From the NCBI GenBank assembly GCA_963789395.1, contig CAWBKP010000012.1, forward strand, positions 128,001 to 192,000: 64,000 bases of DNA, read 5' to 3'. The notes beneath the pieces were generated by a model. It saw only the letters and a program-made list of their open reading frames with translations. It was not told the DNA's origin and did no database searches. The position numbers and the translations under genes are program-made. Origin of the DNA: an uncultured delta proteobacterium. Its GTDB lineage: Bacteria; Desulfobacterota; Desulfobacteria; Desulfobacterales; Desulfatirhabdiaceae. Shown here piece by piece: positions 1 through 9,459 of this stretch (the stretch's first letter is position 1; every line of letters starts with the position of its first letter).

Positions 1-289
1 TGTGAATGAGAACGCGATCCTTGAAGGTTCCGGGCTCCATTTCATCGGCGTTGCAGACCATGTAGCGGGGAAATGGCGCGGTTTCAGCCACGGTCATCCA
101 CTTTTTCCCGGCTGGAAAACCCGCCCCCCCGCGTCCCAGGAGTACGGCATCCAGGGCCAGATGCTGTACTTCGGATCTGTGATTCCCGAGCACCATGGCA
201 AGGGCCTCATACCCGCCGCTTGCGCGGTATTCCTCCAGCGTGGCAATGCGGTCGGGCCGGCGATTTTTAAACAGAACCTGTGTCGTCAT
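1..289 (-). CDS. nuoF: NADH-quinone oxidoreductase subunit F (N-terminal part, runs off the window)
   Basis: Manual minus-strand translation: MTTQVLFKN...[15 protein letters not shown]...[17 protein letters not shown] (NuoF FMN/NADH motifs). Missing from the ORF track because there is no stop in the window. Confidence 0.9.
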   Translation of the reverse strand, partial: MTTQVLFKNRRPDRIATLEEYRASGGYEALAMVLGNHRSEVQHLALDAVLLGRGGAGFPAGKKWMTVAETAPFPRYMVCNADEMEPGTFKDRVLIH

Positions 290-751
290 TTCCAGCCCCT
301 CAAGAATCTCGTCAATCCGCTCCGGAGTCAGTTTTCCGTAAACCTTGCGATTGATCATCATGGCAGGGGCACGGTCGCAGTAACCGATGCAGCAGGTGGG
401 CAGCAGGGTAAAACGGCCGTCCGCCGTAGTCTGTCCATAATCGATGTTCAGCTTGCTGCGCAGATAATCCAGAACCGACTGATATGCCTGCATCCAGCAT
501 ACCACGCCGTCGCAGACATGAATCACATACCTGCCCACGGATTTCCGGTAGATGAATTCATAGAATGTGGCGATTTCCTCGACTTCCAGCGGCGTCATGC
601 CCAGAAGCGCTGCGGCCTCTTCCAGAAGCGCATCGCTCAGATACCCGAACCGGTCCTGCAGGGTAAAGACGACATCCATGATCTTCTCCCGCGGGTGATC
701 GATCGCGGCGATCTGGCGTTGAAGCATTTCTTTGAGATCATCGGGTATCAT
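290..751 (-). CDS. nuoE: NADH-quinone oxidoreductase subunit E ([2Fe-2S]); no stop codon before nuoF
   Basis: Manual translation [10 protein letters not shown]...VEEIATFY...HVCDGVVC...[17 protein letters not shown]; located directly after nuoBCD. Confidence 0.9.
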
Positions 752-765
752 GGCATGTCTCTTAC

Positions 766-3165
766 CTACCGGTCAATATCCGGCAGCAGGTAGTCCGCCG
801 TGCCGATGATGGCCACAAAATCGGAGATGGAAGCGCCCCGTGCCATCAGCGGGATGGCCTGAGCATTGGCAAAGGCGGGCGTCCGGATACGCATCCGGTA
901 GGCGCTGCTTCTGCCGTCGCTGACAACGTAATACCCCTGGTCTCCGCGCGGGGACTCAATGGCCGCGTACGCTTCTCCGGACGGTATTTTGGGGCCGCGC
1001 GTGGTATGGACGAAATGATGAATCAGTGTTTCGATGTCCTTTAATGTTGCGGCTTTCGGCGGCACGGCATAGCGGCAGTCTTCACTGACGTAAGCGCCGC
1101 CAGGCATCCGGTCAGCAGCCTGGCGGATGATCCGGAGGCTCTGCCGCATTTCCTCGACGCGGACCCGGTACCGGGCATAACAGTCGCCCTCGCTGGCTGT
1201 CGGCACATCGAAATCATAATGCTGGTATCCGGAATAGGGGAATTTCTTTCGAACGTCCCAGTCCATGCCGCTGGCGCGCAGCATGGGGCCGGTTACTCCC
1301 CAGTCTATGGCATCGTGCAGGGAGAGGTGGCCGATGCCCTGGGTACGGGCTTTGAAAATCGGGTTTTTTGTCGTGAGAGATTCGTACTCTTTCAGTCGCT
1401 GCAGAAACACGGTTACAAAGGCGTCAACAGCCTCCTTCCAGCCGTCCGGCAGATCCGCGGCCACCCCGCCGATCCGGAACCACGACGGATGCAGCCGGCC
1501 GCCGGTGATCAGTTCCACAATATCCATGATCTGTTCGCGTTCGCGGAAAGTATAAAAATTAGGTGTCATGGCGCCCAGGTCGTGCGCCAGCGTGGCAAAC
1601 CAGATCAGATGATTGTTCAGCCGGAAGAATTCGCTCAGCATCACGCGGATGCACTGGGCCCGGTCAGGAACGTCTATGCCTGCAAGGGTTTCAACGGCCG
1701 TCAAGTAGGAAAGATTGTTGGCGGTTCCGTTCATGTAGTCCACCCGGTCGGTATAGGGAATGAACTGGTGCCAGGTCTGGCGCTCGCCGATTTTCTCGAC
1801 TCCCCGGTGATGGTAGCCGATGTCCATATCCAGATCCGAGATGATTTCGCCGTCAAGCGCCAGAACAAACCGCATCAGGCCGTGCGTGCTCAGATGATGG
1901 GGCCCCAGATTCAGCAGCAGTTCTTCTTTGCCGCTGGGCTTCTTGAAAAACACCCCGGCGTCCAGAGGCTGCTGGAGCTTTGCATCCGCCAGCGTATAGG
2001 GTGGCATTTCCGTGGCTCTTCCGGGATAATTCTTTAACAGCGGATGTCCCTGCCAGTCATGCGGCATGAGAAGCCGCTTCAGGTTCGGATGTCCTTTGAA
2101 ATCGATGCCGAACATGTCAAAGACTTCCCGTTCATACCAGTTGGCGCCGGGCCACAGGTCTGTGAGGGTGGGCGCAGCCGGATGCGAACCGTAAAGGGGG
2201 GCCTTGACGCGGACCCGGCTGGGCCCTTCAAAGGAGAGCAGATGGTAAACCAGGGTAAAGTCCGGGTGGAGACCCGATTCCTTGCGGGCCGATTCGTCCA
2301 CGGCCGTGAGATCTTCCAGGCGAGGAAAGCGGGGAGATGACGCATTTTTCAGAAAACCGAGTACATCCCGGATTTGATCCGGATTTACCTGGAGGGTCAG
2401 CATGTCCGAGGTGGCGACTGCCGGCTGTACGGCGTCTTTGAATCTTTCCAGAAGCTGGCCTATCAACGACGTGTCGGTGGAACTGAGTTCAATGTGATGT
2501 GCCGGCGGGGTCCACATCAACTCGTTGCGATTCTGCCGGAAATACGGCGGGGTTGCGGCGGTGCCGCGAATCGGCAGGCCTTGATAACCGGTTCCCCGGG
2601 TGTCGCGGCTCTTGCTGAAGCCATCCACCCGCACGGGTTGCTGCGTGCCCTGGCTGCCGCCTTCCAGGTTCAGAACGGCGCGTGCCGGACGTTCATTGGA
2701 GCGGATCTTTTCCTGAAGCAGGGTCAGGGCATATAAAACCGCTTCGGGACGGGGCGGGCATCCGGGGATATACATATCCACCGGCAGCATCTGGTCCACG
2801 CCCTGAACCACGCTGTAAACATCGTACATGCCGCCGGAATTGGCACAGGAGCCCATGGATATCACCCACCGGGGTTCGGCCATCTGTTCGTAGAGCCTCA
2901 GCACCACCGGGGCGATTTTTTTAAAAACCGTTCCGGAAATGATCAGAAGATCGGCCTGGCGGGGCGAGCCCCGCATGACTTCAGCGCCGAAACGCGCGAT
3001 ATCGTAGCGGGACGTGAAGGCTGCCGCCTCTTCGATAAAACAGCAGGACAGACCGAAAAACATGGGCCAGAGGCTGTACCGGCGGGACCAGTTGATGAGC
3101 GCATCCAGTCGGGTCAGCAGGAAGTTTTGCTGTTGCAGGAAGGCGGTGATGCCATTGTTCCCCAC
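766..3165 (-). CDS. nuoBCD: NADH-quinone oxidoreductase fused subunit B/C/D
   Basis: NuoB motifs ([25 protein letters not shown]), NuoC ([16 protein letters not shown]) and NuoD ([21 protein letters not shown]-terminal DIDR). Start placed at GTG 3165 rather than the track's 3249. Confidence 0.93.
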   Translation of the reverse strand: MGNNGITAFLQQQNFLLTRLDALINWSRRYSLWPMFFGLSCCFIEEAAAFTSRYDIARFGAEVMRGSPRQADLLIISGTVFKKIAPVVLRLYEQMAEPRWVISMGSCANSGGMYDVYSVVQGVDQMLPVDMYIPGCPPRPEAVLYALTLLQEKIRSNERPARAVLNLEGGSQGTQQPVRVDGFSKSRDTRGTGYQGLPIRGTAATPPYFRQNRNELMWTPPAHHIELSSTDTSLIGQLLERFKDAVQPAVATSDMLTLQVNPDQIRDVLGFLKNASSPRFPRLEDLTAVDESARKESGLHPDFTLVYHLLSFEGPSRVRVKAPLYGSHPAAPTLTDLWPGANWYEREVFDMFGIDFKGHPNLKRLLMPHDWQGHPLLKNYPGRATEMPPYTLADAKLQQPLDAGVFFKKPSGKEELLLNLGPHHLSTHGLMRFVLALDGEIISDLDMDIGYHHRGVEKIGERQTWHQFIPYTDRVDYMNGTANNLSYLTAVETLAGIDVPDRAQCIRVMLSEFFRLNNHLIWFATLAHDLGAMTPNFYTFREREQIMDIVELITGGRLHPSWFRIGGVAADLPDGWKEAVDAFVTVFLQRLKEYESLTTKNPIFKARTQGIGHLSLHDAIDWGVTGPMLRASGMDWDVRKKFPYSGYQHYDFDVPTASEGDCYARYRVRVEEMRQSLRIIRQAADRMPGGAYVSEDCRYAVPPKAATLKDIETLIHHFVHTTRGPKIPSGEAYAAIESPRGDQGYYVVSDGRSSAYRMRIRTPAFANAQAIPLMARGASISDFVAIIGTADYLLPDIDR

Positions 3166-3548
3166 TCCAGTCCTCCCTTCTTCCAAACGTAGAACAGCCC
3201 GAAGAGCAGCAGTACGATGAAAAACGTCATTTGTGTCCAGCCTGCCCATCCCAGGCCGTAAAAAGAAACTGCCCAGGAGAAAATAAAGGCAGCCTCCACA
3301 TCGAAGATGAGAAAGAAAACAGCCACCATGTAAAACGCAACCGGTGAACGCAGCAGCGCTGGGCCTGTCGGGATAACGCCGCTCTCATACGCCCGTGATT
3401 TTTCGCGGCCGCTTTTTTTTTCACCCAGCCAGGAGCAGCAAAAGAGCAGGATCGCCATCAGGCCGAGCACCATCGCGCCATATGTCAGCATGGCCAGAAG
3501 GCCGGGCTCCCAGGGCGATAAGGTTGCTGGTGTAACTGCAGGTTGCAT
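3114..3548 (-). CDS. nuoA: NADH-quinone oxidoreductase subunit A
   Basis: Three TM helices, AYESG, FLIFDVE and WKKGGLEW motifs. Confidence 0.93.
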   Translation of the reverse strand: MQPAVTPATLSPWEPGLLAMLTYGAMVLGLMAILLFCCSWLGEKKSGREKSRAYESGVIPTGPALLRSPVAFYMVAVFFLIFDVEAAFIFSWAVSFYGLGWAGWTQMTFFIVLLLFGLFYVWKKGGLEWGTMASPPSCNSKTSC

Positions 3549-3734
3549 TCTCTTTTCCTGATATTCTGATTTCAGTTGACATTCAACTGGTTGTTATTTA
3601 TCCGACCTTGCCTGGAGATAAATGACTTACAGGATATGTATTATGTTAAAAAAAACTTGTCAATACCTACATTGTTGAGCGCAGCAGACTGTTCCAATGA
3701 AACGGCTGGAATTGAATGCACCTGAGGTTTTCAC

Positions 3735-3763
3735 TTGACCCCATGGGATAGTTTCAATAGACT
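3735..3763 (+). promoter_or_regulatory. sigma70-type promoter for murI
   Basis: TTGACC-17 nt-TAGACT upstream of murI. Confidence 0.5.
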
Positions 3764-3825
3764 TGGTCATTGGGTGGGGTTTTTAAACAAAGAGAAAGTT
3801 GATCGGTGAAAAGCCGACGCATTGA

Positions 3826-4611
3826 GTGATTATGCGTATTGGATTTTTTGACTCGGGCATTGGCGGTTTGAGTGTTTTATATGAAGCGCTTCGCCTGTTG
3901 CCGCATGAGGATTATCTCTACTATGCCGACGATGCCAACGTTCCCTATGGCAACAAGTCCAAGGAAGAGATCCGGTGCTGTGTGTTTGATGCTGTCGGCT
4001 TTCTGGCAAGAATGGATATCAAGGCCCTTGTTGTTGCCTGCAACACGGCTACCAGTGTGGCCATTCAGGATATTCGCCTGAAATACGGATTTCCGATCAT
4101 CGGCATGGAACCGGCGGTGAAACCGGCGGTCAAATCCGTTGGCGGTAAGCGGGTGCTGGTATTCGCAACCCCTTTGACACTTCGTGAACCCAAATTCATC
4201 GGCCTTCTGAATCAGGTTGATATCCATAATACCGTCGACTATCTTCCCCTGCAGGAACTGGTTGCCTTTGCGGAGGCCTATCAGTTTGACCGGGATGTCA
4301 TCCGTTCATATCTGAAAGAGCGTTTGAGAGATTATGACCTGAGCTGTTACGGTGCCGTAGTTCTCGGGTGCACCCATTTTCCGTTTTTTAAGGACCACAT
4401 CCGTGAAATCTTTCCCAACGGCACGGTCATCGTCGATGGGAACAGGGGCACGGTGAATAACCTGAAAAATATGCTGGCATCCATGGGGAAGATTCACGAA
4501 GGCAGCGGTCAGGTTGAGTATTACAGATCCGGCAATAGGGTCATGGAGGACTACACGATGGAACGGTACCTGCAACTGCTTCGACGGATCGAGACCGGCA
4601 ATGCGGGCTGA
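3826..4611 (+). CDS. murI: glutamate racemase
   Basis: FDSGIGG, VACNTAT and LGCTHF motifs. Confidence 0.96.
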   Translation: MIMRIGFFDSGIGGLSVLYEALRLLPHEDYLYYADDANVPYGNKSKEEIRCCVFDAVGFLARMDIKALVVACNTATSVAIQDIRLKYGFPIIGMEPAVKPAVKSVGGKRVLVFATPLTLREPKFIGLLNQVDIHNTVDYLPLQELVAFAEAYQFDRDVIRSYLKERLRDYDLSCYGAVVLGCTHFPFFKDHIREIFPNGTVIVDGNRGTVNNLKNMLASMGKIHEGSGQVEYYRSGNRVMEDYTMERYLQLLRRIETGNAG

Positions 4612-4668
4612 AAACGTGAAACCGGGGGAAAAAGGATTTACGGGCAAACTCCCCGGTGGTTGACCGGG

Positions 4669-6141
4669 TCAGGAGTCGAAGCGGGTATGTTTCAAGTCGG
4701 TTTCGGCCTGTTGCCGAAGCGTGTTCAGGGAAGACTGGACGTCATTGCCAAGAGGAGTTGTCCGGTGATTGGCCAGAATTTCCCGGGTCTTTTCAATGGC
4801 CTTTTCTGCCCAGGTTTTTTCTCCCTGGGCCATCCAGTCATCCAGGGTTCTGCGATTGATCAGGTGGGGCTGCCAGTGCTCTTTTCTGAAAAAATCGAAT
4901 GTATGCTGGGTGGAAATAAAATCCCCCTGGGGTCCGGCTTCACGGATCACATCCAGGGCCAGATGCTCGGCATCGATTGTAAAGCCCCTGGCCATGCGCC
5001 TGACATAGCTGATGATTTCCGAGCACATGACCAGCGCGGCCGGATGGCCGACCAGTCCCTGTCCCAGATAGCCCACATCGTGAACAAGATTGGCGCCGTC
5101 CTGAATGGCCGTCATCAGGGATACGGCCCATTCCATTCCGGCCTGCTGGTCGATGCAGTGGGCATCGCTGACGCCTGCGGTTCCCCACATGGGAATGCCG
5201 TAAAAGTGGAAAAGATCGGCACAGGCGGAAAGGGCCAGGCGATATTCCGGGCAGCCGTAAACGCAGGCCGAGGTTTTCATATCAAATGTCGACATGCCGA
5301 ATCCGGAGATAATGGGGGCTCCCTTGGCCCGGAGCTGGTGAAGCACAATGCCGCTCAGGGCCTCGGCATTGCCGACGGTGATAGCCCCGGCAAGGGTGAC
5401 AGGGGCGCTGGCGCCGGACATCATGCCGGGGGTATAGTTGACGGGCGCGCTGTTTTCAGCACAGAAAAAGAGTTTTTGAATGGCGCCGATTGAGTGGGTC
5501 AAGGGACTCAGTGGTTCGGCATAATGAATATGGATCGGTTTTTCCCGCAATGCGTCTTTCCCGCCCATGACGACTGCCGCCATTTCGTGAATCACCCGGA
5601 TGTCTTCGATGCCGGCAGCCGTGTAAAAAATGGGTTTGATCGAATTTTCCAGTTCGGTCTTGAAGGAATCGATGTACATCAGGTTGACGGGAGAATCGTA
5701 GGGCAGGGCATAAGAGCCGATGAAATCAATTTCTTCGAGGGCGTCTCCCACGCTGGCTGCATTGGCCACGTCACAGAGCCGGGACTGGCGCATGCAGCCG
5801 CTTTCCATGTCGTAAGTATGCGTCAGATCGGTCCCCATGCCAAAATACGTCCGGTTGCCTTCCAGCACCATGGCTTCATTGCCAAGGCGATTGTAGATGG
5901 TGATGGCGGAAGGGGCGCTCTGGATGCACTTTTCTACCAGATCTCCGGGGATCAGGACGATATTGTCGGACTTGACCCGGCATCCGGCCCCGGCCAGCAT
6001 ATCAACGGCTTCCGGGTACAGGACCCTGACCCCGATGGTTTCCAGAAGCTCGAGTGTGGCGCGGTGAAGATGGTTGATCTGATCCACGGTGAGAAGCCGG
6101 TATGCGGGCATGCACTGTGACTTGAATCCGGTATGCGTCAC
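4669..6141 (-). CDS. trimethylamine methyltransferase (MttB) superfamily protein, non-pyrrolysine
   Basis: 490 aa; GASAPVTLAGA, DQQAGME and GANLVHDVGYL motifs; no internal TAG; Tyr at the Pyl-equivalent site. Confidence 0.9.
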   Translation of the reverse strand: MTHTGFKSQCMPAYRLLTVDQINHLHRATLELLETIGVRVLYPEAVDMLAGAGCRVKSDNIVLIPGDLVEKCIQSAPSAITIYNRLGNEAMVLEGNRTYFGMGTDLTHTYDMESGCMRQSRLCDVANAASVGDALEEIDFIGSYALPYDSPVNLMYIDSFKTELENSIKPIFYTAAGIEDIRVIHEMAAVVMGGKDALREKPIHIHYAEPLSPLTHSIGAIQKLFFCAENSAPVNYTPGMMSGASAPVTLAGAITVGNAEALSGIVLHQLRAKGAPIISGFGMSTFDMKTSACVYGCPEYRLALSACADLFHFYGIPMWGTAGVSDAHCIDQQAGMEWAVSLMTAIQDGANLVHDVGYLGQGLVGHPAALVMCSEIISYVRRMARGFTIDAEHLALDVIREAGPQGDFISTQHTFDFFRKEHWQPHLINRRTLDDWMAQGEKTWAEKAIEKTREILANHRTTPLGNDVQSSLNTLRQQAETDLKHTRFDS

Positions 6142-6169
6142 TTTTGAGTCTCCTTGGAATTACGAATCG

Positions 6170-7045
6170 TCAGAATTGAACCAGCATCTCTTCCGGCCGG
6201 ATCTGTCTCGGGATGGCTCCCAGCTCCAGCTGGATTCGAATACAGTTTTCAAGCCCTTCAAAATCGATACGGCCGTTCGGCTCCAGATTGGGTAAATGCC
6301 GGTTCAAGGCACTGCGAAACACCGCCGGGTCCACGCCGAACATGCGGCTCCCGGAAGGAATGCAGGCTTCCGGGTCCGCTGCCATCAGCCGCACGGACTG
6401 CCTGTAGCCTTCCATCAGCGCCATCAGGTGATCGCCTTTGTTTTGAATCCATGTATCGGATGCAAAAATTCCTCCCCACTGGTAGCGGGGAAAAAAATCG
6501 CCGACTCTGGTCAGCACGTGAAAAATCCCCTTTGTTTCGCCGGAACTCAAGACGGGTTCCACCATGAAGCCTGCGTCAATGCGGCCGCTGGTAAAACAGG
6601 ATGGATCGCTGTAGGCGCTGCCAAGCGGTACCAGTGTCGCTTCAGTGTCTGGATCGATTCCCCGGGTTTGCAGCAGGCGCCGGATAAAATAATCGTCACA
6701 GCTTCCCCTGGAGAGAATCCCGATTTTGCGGCCCTTTAGCTCCGCCAGTGAATGGATGCCGGGCCTTGCCACCAGAAAATGATCCAGGCTGCGGATAAAA
6801 GTGCTGCCGATGATTCGGGCCGAAAGCCCCTGGGAAAAGGCTGCCAGAAACGGCGGAAGGCCGATTTCACCGACATGGATCCGGCTGTCCCGTACAGCCT
6901 GAAGCAGTTCAGGCCCCCCGTGATGGACCTTGACTTCCGGGCAGACCCCCAGGTGTTGAAAAATGTGTTTTTCAACACCATAGACCAGCGGAAAACGCTC
7001 GATCCAGAATGATGGCGCGCCCCAGAGAATGGGAATAGTTTTCAT
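6170..7045 (-). CDS. SsuA/NMT1(THI5)-like substrate-binding-fold protein
   Basis: IHSLAELKGRKIGI and GRIDAGFMVEP motifs; start at ATG 7045 (the track extension overlaps mtmB). Confidence 0.8.
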   Translation of the reverse strand: MKTIPILWGAPSFWIERFPLVYGVEKHIFQHLGVCPEVKVHHGGPELLQAVRDSRIHVGEIGLPPFLAAFSQGLSARIIGSTFIRSLDHFLVARPGIHSLAELKGRKIGILSRGSCDDYFIRRLLQTRGIDPDTEATLVPLGSAYSDPSCFTSGRIDAGFMVEPVLSSGETKGIFHVLTRVGDFFPRYQWGGIFASDTWIQNKGDHLMALMEGYRQSVRLMAADPEACIPSGSRMFGVDPAVFRSALNRHLPNLEPNGRIDFEGLENCIRIQLELGAIPRQIRPEEMLVQF

Positions 7046-7058
7046 CGAATCACCAAAA

Positions 7059-8441
7059 TTAAAACAAAAAGGCAACCCCCATCTCAGCAATTTCGTCCTT
7101 GATCCTGTGGTACATATCCAGATGCTCCTGCGTGGGGACTGCTTTGGCCACGTCATAGCATTCGTGGTATTCGCTGCCCATGGGTGCGTCCGCGGCGGCG
7201 TCTTCATACTTGGCCAGCAGCCGATTGGCGATTTCGTTGACTTCGGCCCGGCTCATTCCCTGGTTGGCGATTGCGTGGCCGGCTTCGACGCCCAGGCGAG
7301 CTTCCAGGGGGGTGGCCCGGTTGCGGTATTTGTTGCGGGTGGACGCCATTTCCCAGAGGTGCCATCCCGAGACCGTGGAAACCATGGCATGGACAGCTGT
7401 TTCCCGGAAGAGCATTTCTGTCATGGGGCCGGCATTGGCGAATCCATTCGATGTGTACAGAAGCTTGCTGTTTCGTGCCAATGCCTGCCCGGCCATGGAA
7501 ATCGACCAGAGCAGTTCCCGGGTGGTGTTGGAACAGTAGTTCAGGTGAAAGGGAAAATGCTGGTTGAAAATGGCGCCGTGGATCAGCAGGCCGATGAGGC
7601 TGTAGGCAACGGTTGCAACCGCCGTGCCTTCCGATCCGCCGCACCAGCCGCCATAAATGGCGCCGGTCAGATTGCCGGTAAAGCATCCGTACTGGGCATA
7701 ATGCAGTGCGCGGTTAAGCAGGGTGTCGGCGGTCTTGAATTCGGTCAGAGACCCCACCAGCCGGGAATCGGTTTTCTGCACGCCCCAGTTGTCGTCGGAA
7801 ACGGCGATCTGGCCGCTGTCGTGTTCAGCCGTGCCGACAGCCACCATGAAGGTGCCGGGGCGTCCCAGAAGCCGGGCAGCCATTTTCTGGTTGTAAATAT
7901 GCTGGATGCAGCCGCTGATTTCGGTGGGGCCTCCGGATTCGATCAAATGTCCGAAGGTTTCTTCCAGAATCGGGCCGCAGAGGCCATCCAGGAGAGGCTC
8001 TTTCAAATAAGCCATGCACATGGACTGGTGATATTTTTCATCCACGGTGATGTCCGGGCTCATGATGCAGAAAGGGGGCGTCTTGTCTTCAACCGTACGA
8101 TGCTTCCACAGGCGGGCGTCTTTTCCGCCACCGACCCAGTACTGGTCGTTGGCCATGTAAAGCGCTTCCTTGATCTCGCTGTCGGTGACTTCGATGATGC
8201 GGTGCGAATCCGTGTTGTAGTAGCCGACATCCCTAAACAGGTCCCAGGCTGCCTGCCAGATCCGGTCCGCCATGGCGTCATCGCTGGGGCAGGGATTCCT
8301 GGGGTCGTATTTGATTTCGTATTGTTTAATGAGTTTTTTAAGCGTCGGCGTGAAGCGTCTGGGCAGAAAATCATCTTCATCCATGAATCTGCCGGTTCTG
8401 GCGCGTTCCATTATTTCCCAGAGTCGATAGGCTGTTGCCAT
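7059..8441 (-). CDS. monomethylamine methyltransferase MtmB-family protein, non-pyrrolysine
   Basis: 460 aa; ERARTG, GYYNTDSHRII, GRPG, IYGGWCGGSEG, AGPMTEM and ECYDV match the MtmB family; open frame with no TAG. Confidence 0.88.
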   Translation of the reverse strand: MATAYRLWEIMERARTGRFMDEDDFLPRRFTPTLKKLIKQYEIKYDPRNPCPSDDAMADRIWQAAWDLFRDVGYYNTDSHRIIEVTDSEIKEALYMANDQYWVGGGKDARLWKHRTVEDKTPPFCIMSPDITVDEKYHQSMCMAYLKEPLLDGLCGPILEETFGHLIESGGPTEISGCIQHIYNQKMAARLLGRPGTFMVAVGTAEHDSGQIAVSDDNWGVQKTDSRLVGSLTEFKTADTLLNRALHYAQYGCFTGNLTGAIYGGWCGGSEGTAVATVAYSLIGLLIHGAIFNQHFPFHLNYCSNTTRELLWSISMAGQALARNSKLLYTSNGFANAGPMTEMLFRETAVHAMVSTVSGWHLWEMASTRNKYRNRATPLEARLGVEAGHAIANQGMSRAEVNEIANRLLAKYEDAAADAPMGSEYHECYDVAKAVPTQEHLDMYHRIKDEIAEMGVAFLF

Positions 8442-8506
8442 CGGGTTTTCCCCCTTGTTTTAGGTATGAGACAAAAAAATCGGTACCCGTTTTCGCTGTT
8501 TTTTTA

Positions 8507-9145
8507 TCAGTTCGCGGCGGCCAGCAGGGACACCATGAGATCGGGGGCGGATTTGGCGTCGTAACAGTACAGATCCGCACCGATTTTATCGGCCCACAAC
8601 TGGGATGTCGGTGCCCCTCCGATAACCACTTTGAATTTGTCCCGAATTCCCTTGTCCTTCAATATTTCAATGATTTCCTTCTGTCGCGGCATGGTGGTAG
8701 TCATCAGAGAGGAAGATGCGATAAAATCTGCGCCCATGGCCACTGCTTCCTTGACAAACGCAAGAGAATCAACGTCGTAGCCCAGGTCTTTGACTTCGAA
8801 ACCGCTGGTTTCCAGAATCAGTTTGACAATATTTTTGCCGATTTCATGCAGATCGCCTCTCACCACGCCGATAACGACTTTTCCCTTGCATTTTTGTCCG
8901 CCTACTTTTTCAAGATAGGGCCCAAGGACTTTCACGACGGCGCTCAGCGCATCACCGGCCATCATGATTTCCGGCAGAAAAATATCCAGTTTGGCGAAAA
9001 GGTCTCCGACATGCGCCATGGTCCGCGTGAGCATTTCGATCATTTCTATGGGATCGGCGCCGGCAACCAGCAGATTTTCCGCAAGTTCCCGAGCTGCATC
9101 GGCGTCGCCGTCTTCTACAAGTTTGCTTAATTGTTCCAAGGACAT
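8507..9145 (-). CDS. methyltransferase cognate corrinoid protein (MtmC/MttC-like)
   Basis: B12 cap (FLPEIMMA) plus GDLHEIGKNIV (DxHxxG), SSLMTTT and IGGAP motifs. Confidence 0.93.
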   Translation of the reverse strand: MSLEQLSKLVEDGDADAARELAENLLVAGADPIEMIEMLTRTMAHVGDLFAKLDIFLPEIMMAGDALSAVVKVLGPYLEKVGGQKCKGKVVIGVVRGDLHEIGKNIVKLILETSGFEVKDLGYDVDSLAFVKEAVAMGADFIASSSLMTTTMPRQKEIIEILKDKGIRDKFKVVIGGAPTSQLWADKIGADLYCYDAKSAPDLMVSLLAAAN

Positions 9146-9459
9146 CGTTGTCTCCCTGTGGGTATTTTCAATGAAAATTTAATTGTATATACAGCTTAAT
9201 CATTAAATGAATCCATGGCGGATTGTCAAGTCATTTTTGAGCAAGAAACGGAGTTGGAGGATCAAGCTTTCTCATGAACCCGGTGAACAAATCGAGTCGA
9301 ACACTCGATAATTCTTAAAAAAAGGGATAGGTCCCGTATGCCGATGGTGACAGCCGGGCGAATGTCAAGATCATCACCGATTCCCCGTTGATGATAAAAA
9401 TGATGACGGATTGCAGCGCATTCAATCGTATAAGGGTTCAGCCTGAATGCGAACTGGAA

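Noticed and set aside
7029..8564. Long plus-strand ORFs antisense to real genes (also 2-793, 1219-2037, 4660-5493, 26293-27213; minus-strand 33991-34902)
   Set aside because: Shadow ORFs arising from GC-rich codon usage, with no motifs.
9240..9455. Possible cobalamin riboswitch upstream of the corrinoid gene (minus-strand GGGGAATCGGTG)
   Set aside because: Lacks the paired AATCCG, the CCCCGCAACTGT element and the B12 box.
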